This document shows, piece after piece, positions 1-9,723 of a stretch of 64,000 bases of DNA (position 1 is its first letter; every line of letters begins with the position of its first letter). A program made the position numbers and the translations under genes. This stretch comes from Candidatus Parcubacteria bacterium (GTDB lineage Bacteria; Patescibacteriota; Minisyncoccia; SURF-38): assembly GCA_003599335.1 (NCBI GenBank), contig QZJN01000014.1, forward strand, positions 1,432 through 65,431. Direction: 5' to 3'. The notes below the pieces were generated by a model. That model saw only the letters and a list, made by a program, of their open reading frames with translations. It searched no databases and was not told the origin of the DNA.

Positions 1-182
1 ATCGGTCTGAATATGAATCGTAAGATTCCTCCCAAAATATCATTCGCGATAGTCAGAGCTAATGCTGCTATTCCAAGATCCAACAAGGTTCCCTCAAACA
101 TGAAGCCGGGAATAAAACTATTTGCTATATAAATACCGCCGGCATTAAGCAGAATACGTAAAATGAACTTCAAAATAAACAT
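1..182 (-). CDS. Phage-holin-like (YvlD/DUF360-type) membrane protein, runs off the window edge
   Basis: Hand translation from ATG at 182: MFILKFILRILLNAGGIYIANSFIPGFMFEGTLLDLGIAALALTIANDILGGILRFIFRP; hydrophobic and resembles the YvlD family. Confidence 0.6.
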   Translation of the reverse strand, partial: MFILKFILRILLNAGGIYIANSFIPGFMFEGTLLDLGIAALALTIANDILGGILRFIFRP

Positions 183-351
183 CGCTTTTTTGCTTAATGA
201 AATTTGAGTATATCAGTTCTTTTTGTTTTGGTCAACCTTGGAATTTCGTCTGCGTTTAAGATTTTGCAGGAGAAAAACGCTTCTCCCGGAAATTTTAGGA
301 CGGAGACGTTTTTTGTTTTCCCTTTGCTTCAGACTTTTTGTGATTTTTTCC

Positions 352-1665
352 TCAAGATCGTTTTGTTCCATTTTTAAGTAAAGCCTTTGATCTAAGAGAT
401 TTATGATAGGTTATCGAAAAACGGTGCACTTCATCTTTTATTTTTACTATAAAATTTTGGACTCTTTCTGGCAAATCGTTTAAGGGGATAGGTTTTGCTT
501 TGTGGCTTAAGAAAACGTTTTTTAATCCTTTGGCAAAAGCAATTATCGGTACCGATATTTTTCTGTTGCTTAAAACGGCCCTAGCCGCATTAAGCTGGGC
601 CATGCCCCCATCAACAAACAATAAATCTGGCAGCTGCCATTCTTGATGAGAAAGTCTACGCTCAAGCATTTCTTTCATCATGGCAACATCGTTTTGTCCG
701 TTTATAGTCCTAATTTTAAATTTTCTGTATTGGTTTTTATCTGTATCTGCGTCTTTAAAAACAACCATTGTTCCAACTGCGAGGGTTCCGGAAATATTTG
801 AGATATCATAAGCCTCAATTCGTTCTGGCTCTTTTGAAAGGCCGAGGGTTTTTTTGGCTTGTTCAAGCGTTACGGCTCTTTCAATAAATTCATTTTTAAA
901 ATTCACATGTTTGTGTTCAAGGATATTGTCGAGGCTGCGGGTTATTTTACGAATCTCAATTGCTCTTTCAAAATCCTCCTCTTTTGCGGCTTTTAACATT
1001 TGTTTTTTTAAATCGCGCATTAAACTTTTTTTGTTTCCAGACAAAACCGATTTTAGATAAAAGATCGATTCAAGATAACGCTTTCTAGAGCTGGAGTTAT
1101 TTAAGTATTTGTATCTGCCGGCCAAAACCCTTGGCTTCAGGCAGCAAACTCCGAAACACAATTTAAGATGATAATTAAAACAAAGCTTGTCGTGTTTGGA
1201 TTTGCAAGTGCAAAAGGCGAGGGTCTTGCGGAGATTTCTTAAAATTATTTTTAAGGCACTGCCTTCGGTGAACGGGCCTATAAACGATGCTTTATCGTGG
1301 AATTTTTTCAATTTAAGCTGATGCGTCAGAAAAACTCTCGGGTACTTTTCTTTTGTAAAACCGACGAAAAAATAATTCTTATCGTCTCTGAACAAAACAT
1401 TATATTTTGGCTGAAAGCTTTTTATAAGTTTTGCTTCTAAAATCAAGGCTTCCGGCTCGGAGTCTGTCTTATGAAAGCTAAGCTTTGTAGCTTCTTTTAT
1501 TAGCTCTTTTATCTTCGCTGGCACACTCTTGGAAAAATAACTCGAAACCCTATTTTTTATATTATTTGCTTTCCCGACATAAAGAGTTTTGGCGCCATGT
1601 TTAAAAATATATACACCGGTCGTTGTCGGGAGTTTTGAAACTTTAGCTTTTTTTGCTGTTAACAT
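352..1665 (-). CDS. uvrC: Excinuclease ABC subunit C (lacks the C-terminal HhH domain)
   Basis: GIY-YIG N-terminus (GVYIF..LYVGKA), UVR coil (EDFERAIEIR), RNase H-like domain (RIEAYDISN, PDLLFVDGG, DEVHRFSI). Confidence 0.92.
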   Translation of the reverse strand: MLTAKKAKVSKLPTTTGVYIFKHGAKTLYVGKANNIKNRVSSYFSKSVPAKIKELIKEATKLSFHKTDSEPEALILEAKLIKSFQPKYNVLFRDDKNYFFVGFTKEKYPRVFLTHQLKLKKFHDKASFIGPFTEGSALKIILRNLRKTLAFCTCKSKHDKLCFNYHLKLCFGVCCLKPRVLAGRYKYLNNSSSRKRYLESIFYLKSVLSGNKKSLMRDLKKQMLKAAKEEDFERAIEIRKITRSLDNILEHKHVNFKNEFIERAVTLEQAKKTLGLSKEPERIEAYDISNISGTLAVGTMVVFKDADTDKNQYRKFKIRTINGQNDVAMMKEMLERRLSHQEWQLPDLLFVDGGMAQLNAARAVLSNRKISVPIIAFAKGLKNVFLSHKAKPIPLNDLPERVQNFIVKIKDEVHRFSITYHKSLRSKALLKNGTKRS

Positions 1666-1779
1666 AACGTTTAATGGCTTCCTTAGCCTTTAGATTGGCA
1701 GGATCATTATATGATTTTGTTTGAAGAAATGGCAAAGCCTTGAAGTTTGGTTGTTTTAGGCATATACTATGTGGAATTT

Positions 1780-4623
1780 ATGTCGGCTCAAAATCAAGGC
1801 AAAAAAAATAAAAGCGAGGAAATGATAGTTGTTAGGGGGGCCCGCGTTCATAACCTTAAGAATGTAAATGTAACCATACCCCGAAATAAGTTGGTGGTTA
1901 TAACTGGCATTTCAGGTTCGGGGAAATCATCACTGGCTTTTGATACGATTTATGCAGAAGGGCAGCGTCGCTATGTGGAGTCTTTATCGGCTTACGCAAG
2001 GCAGTTTCTGGGGGTTATGGATAAGCCCGACGTTGATAGTATCGAAGGTTTGAGCCCGGCGATTGCCATTGATCAAAAATCCGTTTCGAGAAATCCTCGT
2101 TCAACTGTAGGAACCATAACCGAAATTTACGATTATTTAAGGCTTTTATTCGCGCGTATAGGCAAGCCGCATTGTCCGCAATGTTCCCGGTCGGTAGTTT
2201 CTCAAAATGTTACCCAAATTACCGATAGGATTTTGGATCTGCCAAAAAATTCAAGCATCGTGGTTCTTGGCCCAATTATTAAAGGAGTAAAAGGAATTCA
2301 CAAAAGCGTTTTGGAAACCATAAGTCGGGCCGGCTATATCCGTGTCAGGGTTGATGGCGAGATTTATACAATTGAAGAAGCCTTAAAGTTGGAACTTGGC
2401 AGATACAAGATTCATTATATTGAAGCCGTTGTCGATAGATTTGCTTTAAATCAAGAAATTGATAGAGCTCGCATTGCAGAGTCTGTTGAAACTGCAATTA
2501 AACTTGGAGAGGGGACAATGATTGTTCAACTCGGCTCCCCCGAAAAAGAAAAGAAAGATCTTTTGTTTTCGGAAAAGCTTACTTGTTTGAATTGTGGTAT
2601 CTCAATTTCCGAGATTGAACCAAGAACTTTTTCTTTCAATTCTCCTCACGGCGCCTGTTCTTCCTGTACCGGTCTTGGAAAAAAACTTGAAGTTGATCCG
2701 GGCCTTATTATTCCAAACCCAAAATTAACAATAGGCGAGGGAGCGATTCGTCCCTGGGCGGCAGCCTCTCATCGTGTGGGGCGGCAAGGTTGGTTCTGGT
2801 GGAAACTTGAAGAGCTTTCTTCCCACTATGGTTTTTCGGTTGATGTTTCTTGGAATTCGTTGCCGGCCAAAATCCAAAAAGTTATTTTATATGGAGCCGA
2901 TGATGAGAGTGTTGATTTTGAGGGTGTTATACCGAATCTTGAGCGGCGCTGGAAAGAAACAGATTCTGAATGGACTCGTTCTGAAATAGAAAAATATATG
3001 AATATAAAGGTATGTCCGGTTTGTAATGGTTCTCGCTTGAAACCGGAAGCTCTGGGCGTAAAGGTTTTGAACAAAAACATAGCTCAAGTTACGGCCGAAA
3101 CTATTACTAAAAATCAGGAATTTTTCAAAGAGTTGCTTGATAAAGGGATTTTAAAGGCTTCAGAGTCCAAAATAGCGTCGCCAATAATCAAGGAAATTAT
3201 TTCCAGGCTTAGTTTTTTGGTTGACGTTGGGCTGGAATATCTCACTTTAGATAGGGAATCCGAGACTTTAGCCGGGGGAGAAGCGCAGCGCATAAGGCTT
3301 GCAACTCAAATCGGGTCTCAATTGGTCGGGGTTACATATATATTGGATGAACCTTCTATAGGTCTTCATTCCAGAGATAATGGCCGTCTTTTGCAATCTT
3401 TAAAACAGCTTAAAGATTTGGGCAATACTGTCATAGTTGTTGAACACGACGAGCAAACAATGATGGAGTCTGATTGGTTGATTGATGTTGGCCCTCAAGC
3501 TGGAAGGCATGGAGGAGAGATTGTGGCAGAAGGAACTCCGCAGGAAGTTTTGAAAGGAAAAAGTTTAACGGCACTTTACCTTTCTGGAAAAGCAAAGATT
3601 GAAGTTCCCAAAACAACTCGTAAGGGGAATGGAAATTTTCTTATTATTAAGGGAGCTTCAGAGCACAATCTTAAAAATATTGACGTTAAAATTCCTCTTG
3701 GTTGTTTTGTTTGTCTTTCAGGAGTTTCTGGTTCTGGTAAAAGCACTTTAATGGACGATATTTTAGTAAAAGCGCTTTACAAATATTTTTATAATTCTAA
3801 ACAAGAACCAGGCGCTCACAAAATTATTTCCGGCAAGGAATTTATTGATAAAGTTGTTTATGTTGATCAATCTCCAATAGGGCGTACTCCTCGTTCTAAT
3901 CCGGCGACTTACACGGGTGTGTTTGGTTTTGTAAGAAGTCTTTTTGCTTCAACGCAGGAGGCAAAAGTTCGTGGCTATGGCCCCGGAAGGTTTTCTTTCA
4001 ATGTTAAAGGGGGAAGATGCGAAGCTTGTGAGGGGCAAGGTCTTAAAAAAATAGAAATGCATTTTCTTCCGGATGTTTATGTTGAATGTGAAGAATGCCA
4101 CGGCACCCGTTTTAACCGCGAGGCTTTGGAAATAAAATATCAAGGTAAAAGCATTGCCGATGTTTTAAGTATGAGCATCGAGGAAGCTTTGAAATTTTTT
4201 AAAGACGTTCCGGCAATAAAGCAAAAATTGGCGACACTAAACGAAGTCGGGCTTTCGTATATGCAACTTGGTCAGCCGGCACCGACATTATCAGGAGGCG
4301 AGGCCCAGAGAGTTAAGCTCGCAACGGAACTTTCTCGGCGCGGCACAGGGCAGACTTTATATATTTTAGATGAACCGACAACCGGTTTGCATTTCGACGA
4401 TGTTAAAAAGCTGCTCTCGGTTCTGCAGAAGCTGGTTGATAAAGGTAATACAATTTTAGTTATTGAACACAACCTAGATGTTTTGAAATCAGCCGATTGG
4501 GTTATTGATTTGGGGCCAGAAGGAGGAGAGGGTGGCGGTCAGATTATCGCTGAAGGCACCCCAAGAGAGATCGCCAAGGTTAAAAAATCATATACCGGTC
4601 AATTTTTAGCCAAACTTTTTTAG
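1780..4623 (+). CDS. uvrA: Excinuclease ABC subunit A
   Basis: GARVHNLKN, Walker A motifs GISGSGKSS and GVSGSGKST, Zn fingers, LSGGEAQR signature; ATG at 1780 preferred to TTG at 1747. Confidence 0.97.
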   Translation: MSAQNQGKKNKSEEMIVVRGARVHNLKNVNVTIPRNKLVVITGISGSGKSSLAFDTIYAEGQRRYVESLSAYARQFLGVMDKPDVDSIEGLSPAIAIDQKSVSRNPRSTVGTITEIYDYLRLLFARIGKPHCPQCSRSVVSQNVTQITDRILDLPKNSSIVVLGPIIKGVKGIHKSVLETISRAGYIRVRVDGEIYTIEEALKLELGRYKIHYIEAVVDRFALNQEIDRARIAESVETAIKLGEGTMIVQLGSPEKEKKDLLFSEKLTCLNCGISISEIEPRTFSFNSPHGACSSCTGLGKKLEVDPGLIIPNPKLTIGEGAIRPWAAASHRVGRQGWFWWKLEELSSHYGFSVDVSWNSLPAKIQKVILYGADDESVDFEGVIPNLERRWKETDSEWTRSEIEKYMNIKVCPVCNGSRLKPEALGVKVLNKNIAQVTAETITKNQEFFKELLDKGILKASESKIASPIIKEIISRLSFLVDVGLEYLTLDRESETLAGGEAQRIRLATQIGSQLVGVTYILDEPSIGLHSRDNGRLLQSLKQLKDLGNTVIVVEHDEQTMMESDWLIDVGPQAGRHGGEIVAEGTPQEVLKGKSLTALYLSGKAKIEVPKTTRKGNGNFLIIKGASEHNLKNIDVKIPLGCFVCLSGVSGSGKSTLMDDILVKALYKYFYNSKQEPGAHKIISGKEFIDKVVYVDQSPIGRTPRSNPATYTGVFGFVRSLFASTQEAKVRGYGPGRFSFNVKGGRCEACEGQGLKKIEMHFLPDVYVECEECHGTRFNREALEIKYQGKSIADVLSMSIEEALKFFKDVPAIKQKLATLNEVGLSYMQLGQPAPTLSGGEAQRVKLATELSRRGTGQTLYILDEPTTGLHFDDVKKLLSVLQKLVDKGNTILVIEHNLDVLKSADWVIDLGPEGGEGGGQIIAEGTPREIAKVKKSYTGQFLAKLF

Positions 4624-4652
4624 GAAAATTAAGGAAGCAATTTTATGCGATG

Positions 4653-4688
4653 CTTAAAGGCTCTGACGGTGACGTCAGAGCCTTTAAG
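4653..4688. terminator. 16-bp perfect inverted repeat after uvrA
   Basis: CTTAAAGGCTCTGACG-gtga-CGTCAGAGCCTTTAAG. Confidence 0.65.
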
Positions 4689-4784
4689 TGTGGACAAGTT
4701 AGATATTCACAGAGAAATAAAATCTAAAAAATTTTACTATATAAATAGAACCCTTCGGGTTCAATTCAAGTAGGAGGTGCCAAA

Positions 4785-5261
4785 TTGGCATCCGTAGCCC
4801 AGGCTGTTCTACCACCGGTTTTTCCACTTGCAAGGCAAAGGGTTGAGGCTTTCGCCTCCCATAGGGGGTGTTGCCGTCAACGTCCAGAAGTTCTCCCAAT
4901 GACTGAAGCCGCCATGCTGGTGGAAGAGGGAATTTGCCTGGCGCTCGATCAACTGCTTGAGCTGGGCCTTATTCTTCCTTTCAAACATCTTGATCCTGAT
5001 CATCCGTATAAGGATTTTGATGTTCCCCTGGCATGTTGTCCGTTTGTGATGCGAATCAACGGCACGAGTTCCACTCAGGCCGCGACGCGCCATATTCGGC
5101 ACCATCCGGGCCGGTATCTGCGTCAGGTTGTCATCAACCCCGCAAATGAGGAGATGATTTTTCTCCTCAAATCACGCCCCCGCAGGGCCTTGCAGGATTC
5201 TTTCCGTCTCCTGTACAGAGCAATCCGGAGGCACCGCATCAACAGCCACGGCAGTCCATGA
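4785..5261 (+). CDS. Hypothetical basic protein, GC-rich, SD-led
   Basis: AGGAGGTG at 4772-4779 before the TTG start; hairpin 5247-5278 spans the stop; no recognisable domain. Confidence 0.5.
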   Translation: MASVAQAVLPPVFPLARQRVEAFASHRGCCRQRPEVLPMTEAAMLVEEGICLALDQLLELGLILPFKHLDPDHPYKDFDVPLACCPFVMRINGTSSTQAATRHIRHHPGRYLRQVVINPANEEMIFLLKSRPRRALQDSFRLLYRAIRRHRINSHGSP

Positions 5262-5385
5262 AAGTTCGGACTGCCGTGAATTTTTACAAAAAACAAAGAT
5301 TAAATAATATTTTAATAATTACGTCAATAGAAAAATTTAGCTTGTTTTCTTATTTTTATATTATCTAAGCTCTAAATTCCCCAAG

Positions 5386-5429
5386 TTATCCCCAAAACCC
5401 TTTGACATAGTTTTTTAATTTGCTAAATT
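5386..5429 (+). promoter_or_regulatory. Sigma70 promoter of the putative large ncRNA, with upstream DnaA-box-like 9-mer
   Basis: TTGACA 5402-5407, extended -10 TGcTAAATT 5421-5429; TTATCCCCA 5386-5394. Confidence 0.7.
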
Positions 5430-5435
5430 AGCTTC

Positions 5436-5950
5436 ACGTTCTCTGGATCGTTAAACACGTACTTGGATGGCCCTTAAACAAGGTCACCCACCTCGATAAA
5501 TGTCCAAACCATCCCTTAAACAAGGATATAAGGGCAATCTAACGGCTCAATAACGGTATAAGACCTACTGACACTCCCAAGTCCTCAAAAGGGACTGAAG
5601 GAATCGGCGGGAATAAAACCGCAGTTGACTCGTTAGAGTCGCAACAATAATCGGGGTAGCGCTCCGGGTAGACACCGTCTTACCAACGGCGTTGACTCGA
5701 AGCAAGGTAAAAAAGGAAGGATGCGAGGGGCAACTCTTGCATATGGGTACGTTTTGACCCGTGCGACGTCAAGCGAGACGTCACAATGATTGGAAGCTAA
5801 TAACTTCCAATGGTAAAACTGCCGCAAGGTAGTAACAATACCCGTAGGCCTTAAAACCTACGCATAAGCCAGCTGGCAACCCGCAAGGTTAGGGGAAACC
5901 CAACCAGCTTCGGCGAAGGGCCTTACCTTCCGACAACCATCCAGAGAACT
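5436..5950 (+). ncRNA. Putative large structured noncoding RNA (~510 nt), class unassigned
   Basis: 5' GTTCTCTGGAT (5438-5448) is exactly complementary to 3' ATCCAGAGAAC (5939-5949); more than 10 hairpins including GCAA/GAAA tetraloops; own promoter and terminator; no credible ORF. Confidence 0.8.
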
Positions 5951-5962
5951 CGTTCTCATCCC

Positions 5963-6000
5963 GGGGCGGCCGTCAACTGACGATCGCCCCTTTCTTTTTT
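5963..6000 (+). terminator. Intrinsic terminator ending the ncRNA transcript
   Basis: GGGGCGGCCGTC-aact-GACGATCGCCCC followed by TTTCTTTTTT. Confidence 0.8.
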
Positions 6001-6015
6001 CTAAACACAGAGCCC

Positions 6016-6075
6016 TTGACATGGGTTTTTTATTTTTGCTAATTTGTATTAGCAATCATAATTAAAGAGTGCTAA
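6016..6075 (+). promoter_or_regulatory. groESL promoter with CIRCE (HrcA operator)
   Basis: TTGACA 6016-6021, TGcTAATTT ~6037-6045; TTAGCAATC-N9-GAGTGCTAA at 6049-6075, one mismatch to the CIRCE consensus TTAGCACTC-N9-GAGTGCTAA. Confidence 0.88.
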
Positions 6076-6079
6076 AAAT

Positions 6080-6388
6080 ATGAAATTTAATCCAATCAAC
6101 GACCATATAGTTATAGAGCCAATCAAAGAAGAACAAAAAACAAAAACAGGCATTGTTTTGCCGGATACAGCCGAAAAAGAAAAGCCAGAGCAGGGGCGTG
6201 TTGTGGCTGTTGGTCCGGGCAAGCTAACGGATTCCGGCAATAGATTGCCGATGAGTCTTAAGGTCGGAGATATTGTTTTATTTACCAAATACGGACCAAA
6301 CGAAATAAAAGTTAAAGATGCATCTGGTAAAGAGGTTGAATATTTAATCGCCAAAGAAGACGATATCCTCGCCGTTATTGAAAAATAA
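6080..6388 (+). CDS. groES: Co-chaperonin GroES
   Basis: PINDHIVI, TKTGIVLPDTAEKEKP, GRVVAVGPG, EDDILAV. Confidence 0.97.
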   Translation: MKFNPINDHIVIEPIKEEQKTKTGIVLPDTAEKEKPEQGRVVAVGPGKLTDSGNRLPMSLKVGDIVLFTKYGPNEIKVKDASGKEVEYLIAKEDDILAVIEK

Positions 6389-6428
6389 AAACACTAAATC
6401 CTAATAACTAATTTCTAAATACTAAACC

Positions 6429-8054
6429 ATGGCAGCAAAACAAATACTTTTTAACGAAAATGCCCGCGCGGCTTTAAAAAAGGGAATTGATAAACTGGCC
6501 GAATCGGTAAGAATGACTCTTGGTCCCCGCGGCAGGGCGGCGGTTATTGAACGAGGTTTCGGTGCTCCCCAGGTTACTTTTGACGGGGTTACCGTTGCCA
6601 AAGAAATTGAACTTGAAGATAAATACGAAAATCTTGGAGCTGAATTTTTAAAACAAGCGGCAGATAAAACAAACGATTCCGTTGGTGATGGCACAAGCAC
6701 CTCGGTTGTTTTGGCTCATGCAATGATAGAAGAAGGCGAAAAAGCGGTTCGCGAAAAAGGTTTCAACGTAATTCATCTTTCGGAAGAATTGCAAAAAGCC
6801 GCCGAACACATTGTTAAACAGCTTGAAAAACAAAAAGAAGCCATTAACGACAATAAAAAAATAGAAGAAGTTGCAACATTGTCGGCCAAGGATGCAAATA
6901 TAGGCAAGCTTATTGCCGAGGTCTTTGGCAAGGTTGGCAGAGATGGAGTCGTTACTGTTGAAGATTCAAATACAATAGGAAGTTCTCACGAGATAGTTGA
7001 AGGTTTGCAGTTTGATAGAGGCTTTGTTTCTCAATATATGGTTACCAACACAGAAAGAATGGAAGCGGTTTTGGAAGATCCATATATTTTGGTAACAGAT
7101 GAAAAAATATCGGCGGTAAACGATATACTTCATCTTTTGGAAAAAATAGTTCAATCGGGCAAAAAAGAGTTGGTAATAGTTGCCGAAGAAGTTGAAGGCG
7201 AAGCCCTCGCGACTTTGATACTCAACAAATTAAGAGGGATATTTAATGTCTTGGCCGTTAAAGCTCCCGGCTTTGGCGATAGACGCAAAGAAATGCTTGA
7301 AGATATTGCGACCGTCACCGGTGCCCAGTTTGTATCAAAAGATTTGGGCAAAAAGCTCGATAGCGTTGGTTTGTCGGATCTTGGCCATGCCCATCGTGTC
7401 GTTGCTGACAAGGATAATACAACCATTGTCGGCGGTAAGGGGGATAAAAAAGCAATTGATACCCGCGTTGCCCAGATAAAAGCCCAGCTCAAAAAGACAG
7501 AATCTGAATTTGATAAAGAAAAGCTTCAGGAAAGGCTTGGTAAATTATCCGGTGGGGTTGCGGTTATTAAAGTCGGAGCGCCAACGGAATCTGCCCAAAA
7601 AGAGTTAAAACAACGCGTTGAAGATGCGGTTGCCGCAACAAGAGCCGCAATGGAAGAAGGAATTGTGCCTGGAGGCGGGATTGCCCTATTTAACGCAGCT
7701 TTAGAAGGGGCGGCCGCAAGCAAATCAGATGCGGCAACGTCCATTTTGTTGCGCACGATGGAGGCTCCTTTGCGAGCTATTATAACCAATAGCGGCGAAA
7801 ATTCCGATCAGATAATTGAACAATTAAAAAAAGAAAAAGGCGGCAATATTTGGCTTGGTTTTAACTCAATAACCAACAAACTTGGCAATCTTAAAGACGC
7901 CGGCATTATAGATCCTCTCAAGGTTACCAAAACAGCTTTTACAAACGCGGTTTCTGTTGCGAGCACATATCTTACGATCGGCGCGGCTGTTGCCGAGTTG
8001 CCAAAGAAAGAAGAAAAAGAAAATTCTGGGCATTCGCATATGCCAGAGTACTAA
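6429..8054 (+). CDS. groEL: Chaperonin GroEL
   Basis: TLGPRGR, DGVTVAKEI, GDGTST, KAPGFGDRRK, EGIVPGGG. Confidence 0.98.
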   Translation: MAAKQILFNENARAALKKGIDKLAESVRMTLGPRGRAAVIERGFGAPQVTFDGVTVAKEIELEDKYENLGAEFLKQAADKTNDSVGDGTSTSVVLAHAMIEEGEKAVREKGFNVIHLSEELQKAAEHIVKQLEKQKEAINDNKKIEEVATLSAKDANIGKLIAEVFGKVGRDGVVTVEDSNTIGSSHEIVEGLQFDRGFVSQYMVTNTERMEAVLEDPYILVTDEKISAVNDILHLLEKIVQSGKKELVIVAEEVEGEALATLILNKLRGIFNVLAVKAPGFGDRRKEMLEDIATVTGAQFVSKDLGKKLDSVGLSDLGHAHRVVADKDNTTIVGGKGDKKAIDTRVAQIKAQLKKTESEFDKEKLQERLGKLSGGVAVIKVGAPTESAQKELKQRVEDAVAATRAAMEEGIVPGGGIALFNAALEGAAASKSDAATSILLRTMEAPLRAIITNSGENSDQIIEQLKKEKGGNIWLGFNSITNKLGNLKDAGIIDPLKVTKTAFTNAVSVASTYLTIGAAVAELPKKEEKENSGHSHMPEY

Positions 8055-8091
8055 TTAAAAATCTGTAAATATAACTGAACAATAAATCAAC

Positions 8092-8124
8092 AATATGTCC
8101 CCCGAAATTTTCGAGGGACATATT
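8092..8124 (+). terminator. Hairpin terminator after groEL
   Basis: AATATGTCCC-ccgaaattttcga-GGGACATATT. Confidence 0.6.
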
Positions 8125-8159
8125 CGTTTTGGCTTTGCAAAATGTTATTTTTAGAAGTA

Positions 8160-8333
8160 ATGATTGAAATCTTGGAACAAAACCAAAACGAATATTATCG
8201 TTGCCCGGAATGCATGCACGTTTATGAATTGAAAGAAATGGCCAGGGGTTGTGAAAAATGGTGCCGTAATCATAAGGGTTGTAATCTGGAAATCATTTCC
8301 GAATCAGTAGAGCTTGGTCAAATAAAGATTTAA
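8160..8333 (+). CDS. Small Cys-rich, probably Zn-binding protein
   Basis: YRCPECMHVY..GCEKWCRNHKGCNLEI. Confidence 0.6.
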   Translation: MIEILEQNQNEYYRCPECMHVYELKEMARGCEKWCRNHKGCNLEIISESVELGQIKI

Positions 8334-8386
8334 CTTGACTCATTATCTAAACGGAGCTAAAACTCAAATTGAAAGGGAGGTGCTCT

Positions 8387-8683
8387 TTGTTTTCATTGGA
8401 GTCTTTAGAAGACGCATTGGCGAAGCGATTCGCCGCCGACACCGAAGAAAAGAACGCGAGGGCAATCTTTGAACTTGGCAGAGTCTGGCTTGAAGCATCG
8501 CATGAAGATGTTGTTGCTTTGGCAGATATGATGATAAGGGTTGGCGAAGATGAGGATTTTGTAGAAGCCTATCCTTTTTTATCATATATTGTTTTCTCGC
8601 TGCCAAGTTTTCCAAACAGAAAAGACGTTATAACTTTTCTGTGGAACCTACGTCAGAGATTTGCCCGTTTCGCCATCAATTAG
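8387..8683 (+). CDS. Small hypothetical protein, probable paralog of 8780-9049
   Basis: TTGACT(8335)-17-TAAAAC promoter, SD AAGGGAGG, TTG start at 8387, hairpin 8681-8714. Confidence 0.65.
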   Translation: MFSLESLEDALAKRFAADTEEKNARAIFELGRVWLEASHEDVVALADMMIRVGEDEDFVEAYPFLSYIVFSLPSFPNRKDVITFLWNLRQRFARFAIN

Positions 8684-8779
8684 CCCGTCTGTTTTTGTAA
8701 AAACCGGCGGGCTAAACTTTTTATTGACACTAAATTAATATTCATATATAAAGCTTTGTAGCTCCAACGGAGGGATCAA

Positions 8780-9049
8780 ATGCCTGAAGACAACGAGTTG
8801 TTGTTGGTGAATCTCGAAGAAGCTTTGGGCAAAAACGGAACATGCCCGGATTTTTTCAAGATGGCAACGGATGAAGACATTGAGTATTTTGTCTGTTCCA
8901 TCTTGGGCCTTCAAGAAATCGGAGACTTGGAAGAAGAATGCCCTCGGATCTCTGATTTTTTGGAAGATAACCTCGATGGTCCGATCAACGAAAAAAATCT
9001 CCGTGGTTTCTTTTTCACAATTCGCTCAAAAGCCAACGGGGTCAATTGA
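8780..9049 (+). CDS. Small acidic hypothetical protein
   Basis: TTGACA(8724)-17-TATAAA promoter, SD GGAGGG, hairpin 9053-9082. Confidence 0.7.
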   Translation: MPEDNELLLVNLEEALGKNGTCPDFFKMATDEDIEYFVCSILGLQEIGDLEEECPRISDFLEDNLDGPINEKNLRGFFFTIRSKANGVN

Positions 9050-9147
9050 GAGAGCCTGCCTTTGTAATCTTCGTGGCAGGCTTTATCTTTTGAAAATTTT
9101 TTCAAATTGCGATATACTTAAACAGCTTAATTATTGATTAAATAAAC

Positions 9148-9714
9148 ATGTTTTTAACAACACCAATCGGGATTTTAATAATAGTTATAGCTGTTATTTT
9201 AATCTGGTTTATAGGAACTTATAACTCTTTGATTCGTCGTCGCAACAGAGTTGAAGAATCTTGGTCCGATATAGAAGTTCAGCTTAAACGCCGATATGAT
9301 TTAATTCCCAATCTTTTGGAAACCGTTAAGGGTTATGCCAAACATGAAAAACAGGTCTTTGAAAACGTTACTTCGGCTCGTGCCGCGGCCATGGGCGCAA
9401 AAACAATAGGGGAGCATAGCAAAACAGAAAATATGCTTTCTTCTGCTTTAAAAACTCTATTTGCCGTTTCTGAAAATTATCCTCAACTTAGAGCTTCCGA
9501 GAATTTCAAAAGTCTTCAGGATGAATTAACCGATACCGAAAATAAAATCCAGGCCGCCAGAAGATTTTTTAATTCCACCGTTCTTTCTCTTAACACTTCA
9601 ATTCAGACATTCCCAACCAATATTATCGCCGGAATGTTTGGTTTTAAGACTGAGGAATTTTTTGACATCGATGAAAAAGGCCCGGAAGGCCAGCCGGTGA
9701 ATGTAAAGTTCTAA
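9148..9714 (+). CDS. lemA: LemA family protein
   Basis: N-terminal [34 protein letters not shown]. Confidence 0.95.
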   Translation: MFLTTPIGILIIVIAVILIWFIGTYNSLIRRRNRVEESWSDIEVQLKRRYDLIPNLLETVKGYAKHEKQVFENVTSARAAAMGAKTIGEHSKTENMLSSALKTLFAVSENYPQLRASENFKSLQDELTDTENKIQAARRFFNSTVLSLNTSIQTFPTNIIAGMFGFKTEEFFDIDEKGPEGQPVNVKF

Positions 9715-9723
9715 AAACTTTTG

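Noticed and set aside
5471-5525. CRISPR array from the CCCTTAAACAAGG repeats
   Set aside because: Only two 13-nt copies, and no cas genes in the window.
5436-5950. Identifying the large RNA as RNase P RNA, tmRNA or a group II intron
   Set aside because: No GAGGAAAGTCC or other P4 motifs on either strand and no tRNA-like ends with a T-loop and CCA. GTGCG at 5761 is not followed by a domain V hairpin, and no interrupted host gene is present.
5633-6055. Minus-strand ORFs 5633-5827 and 5858-6055
   Set aside because: No SD or recognisable protein features; they lie antisense to a promoter/terminator-defined structured RNA.
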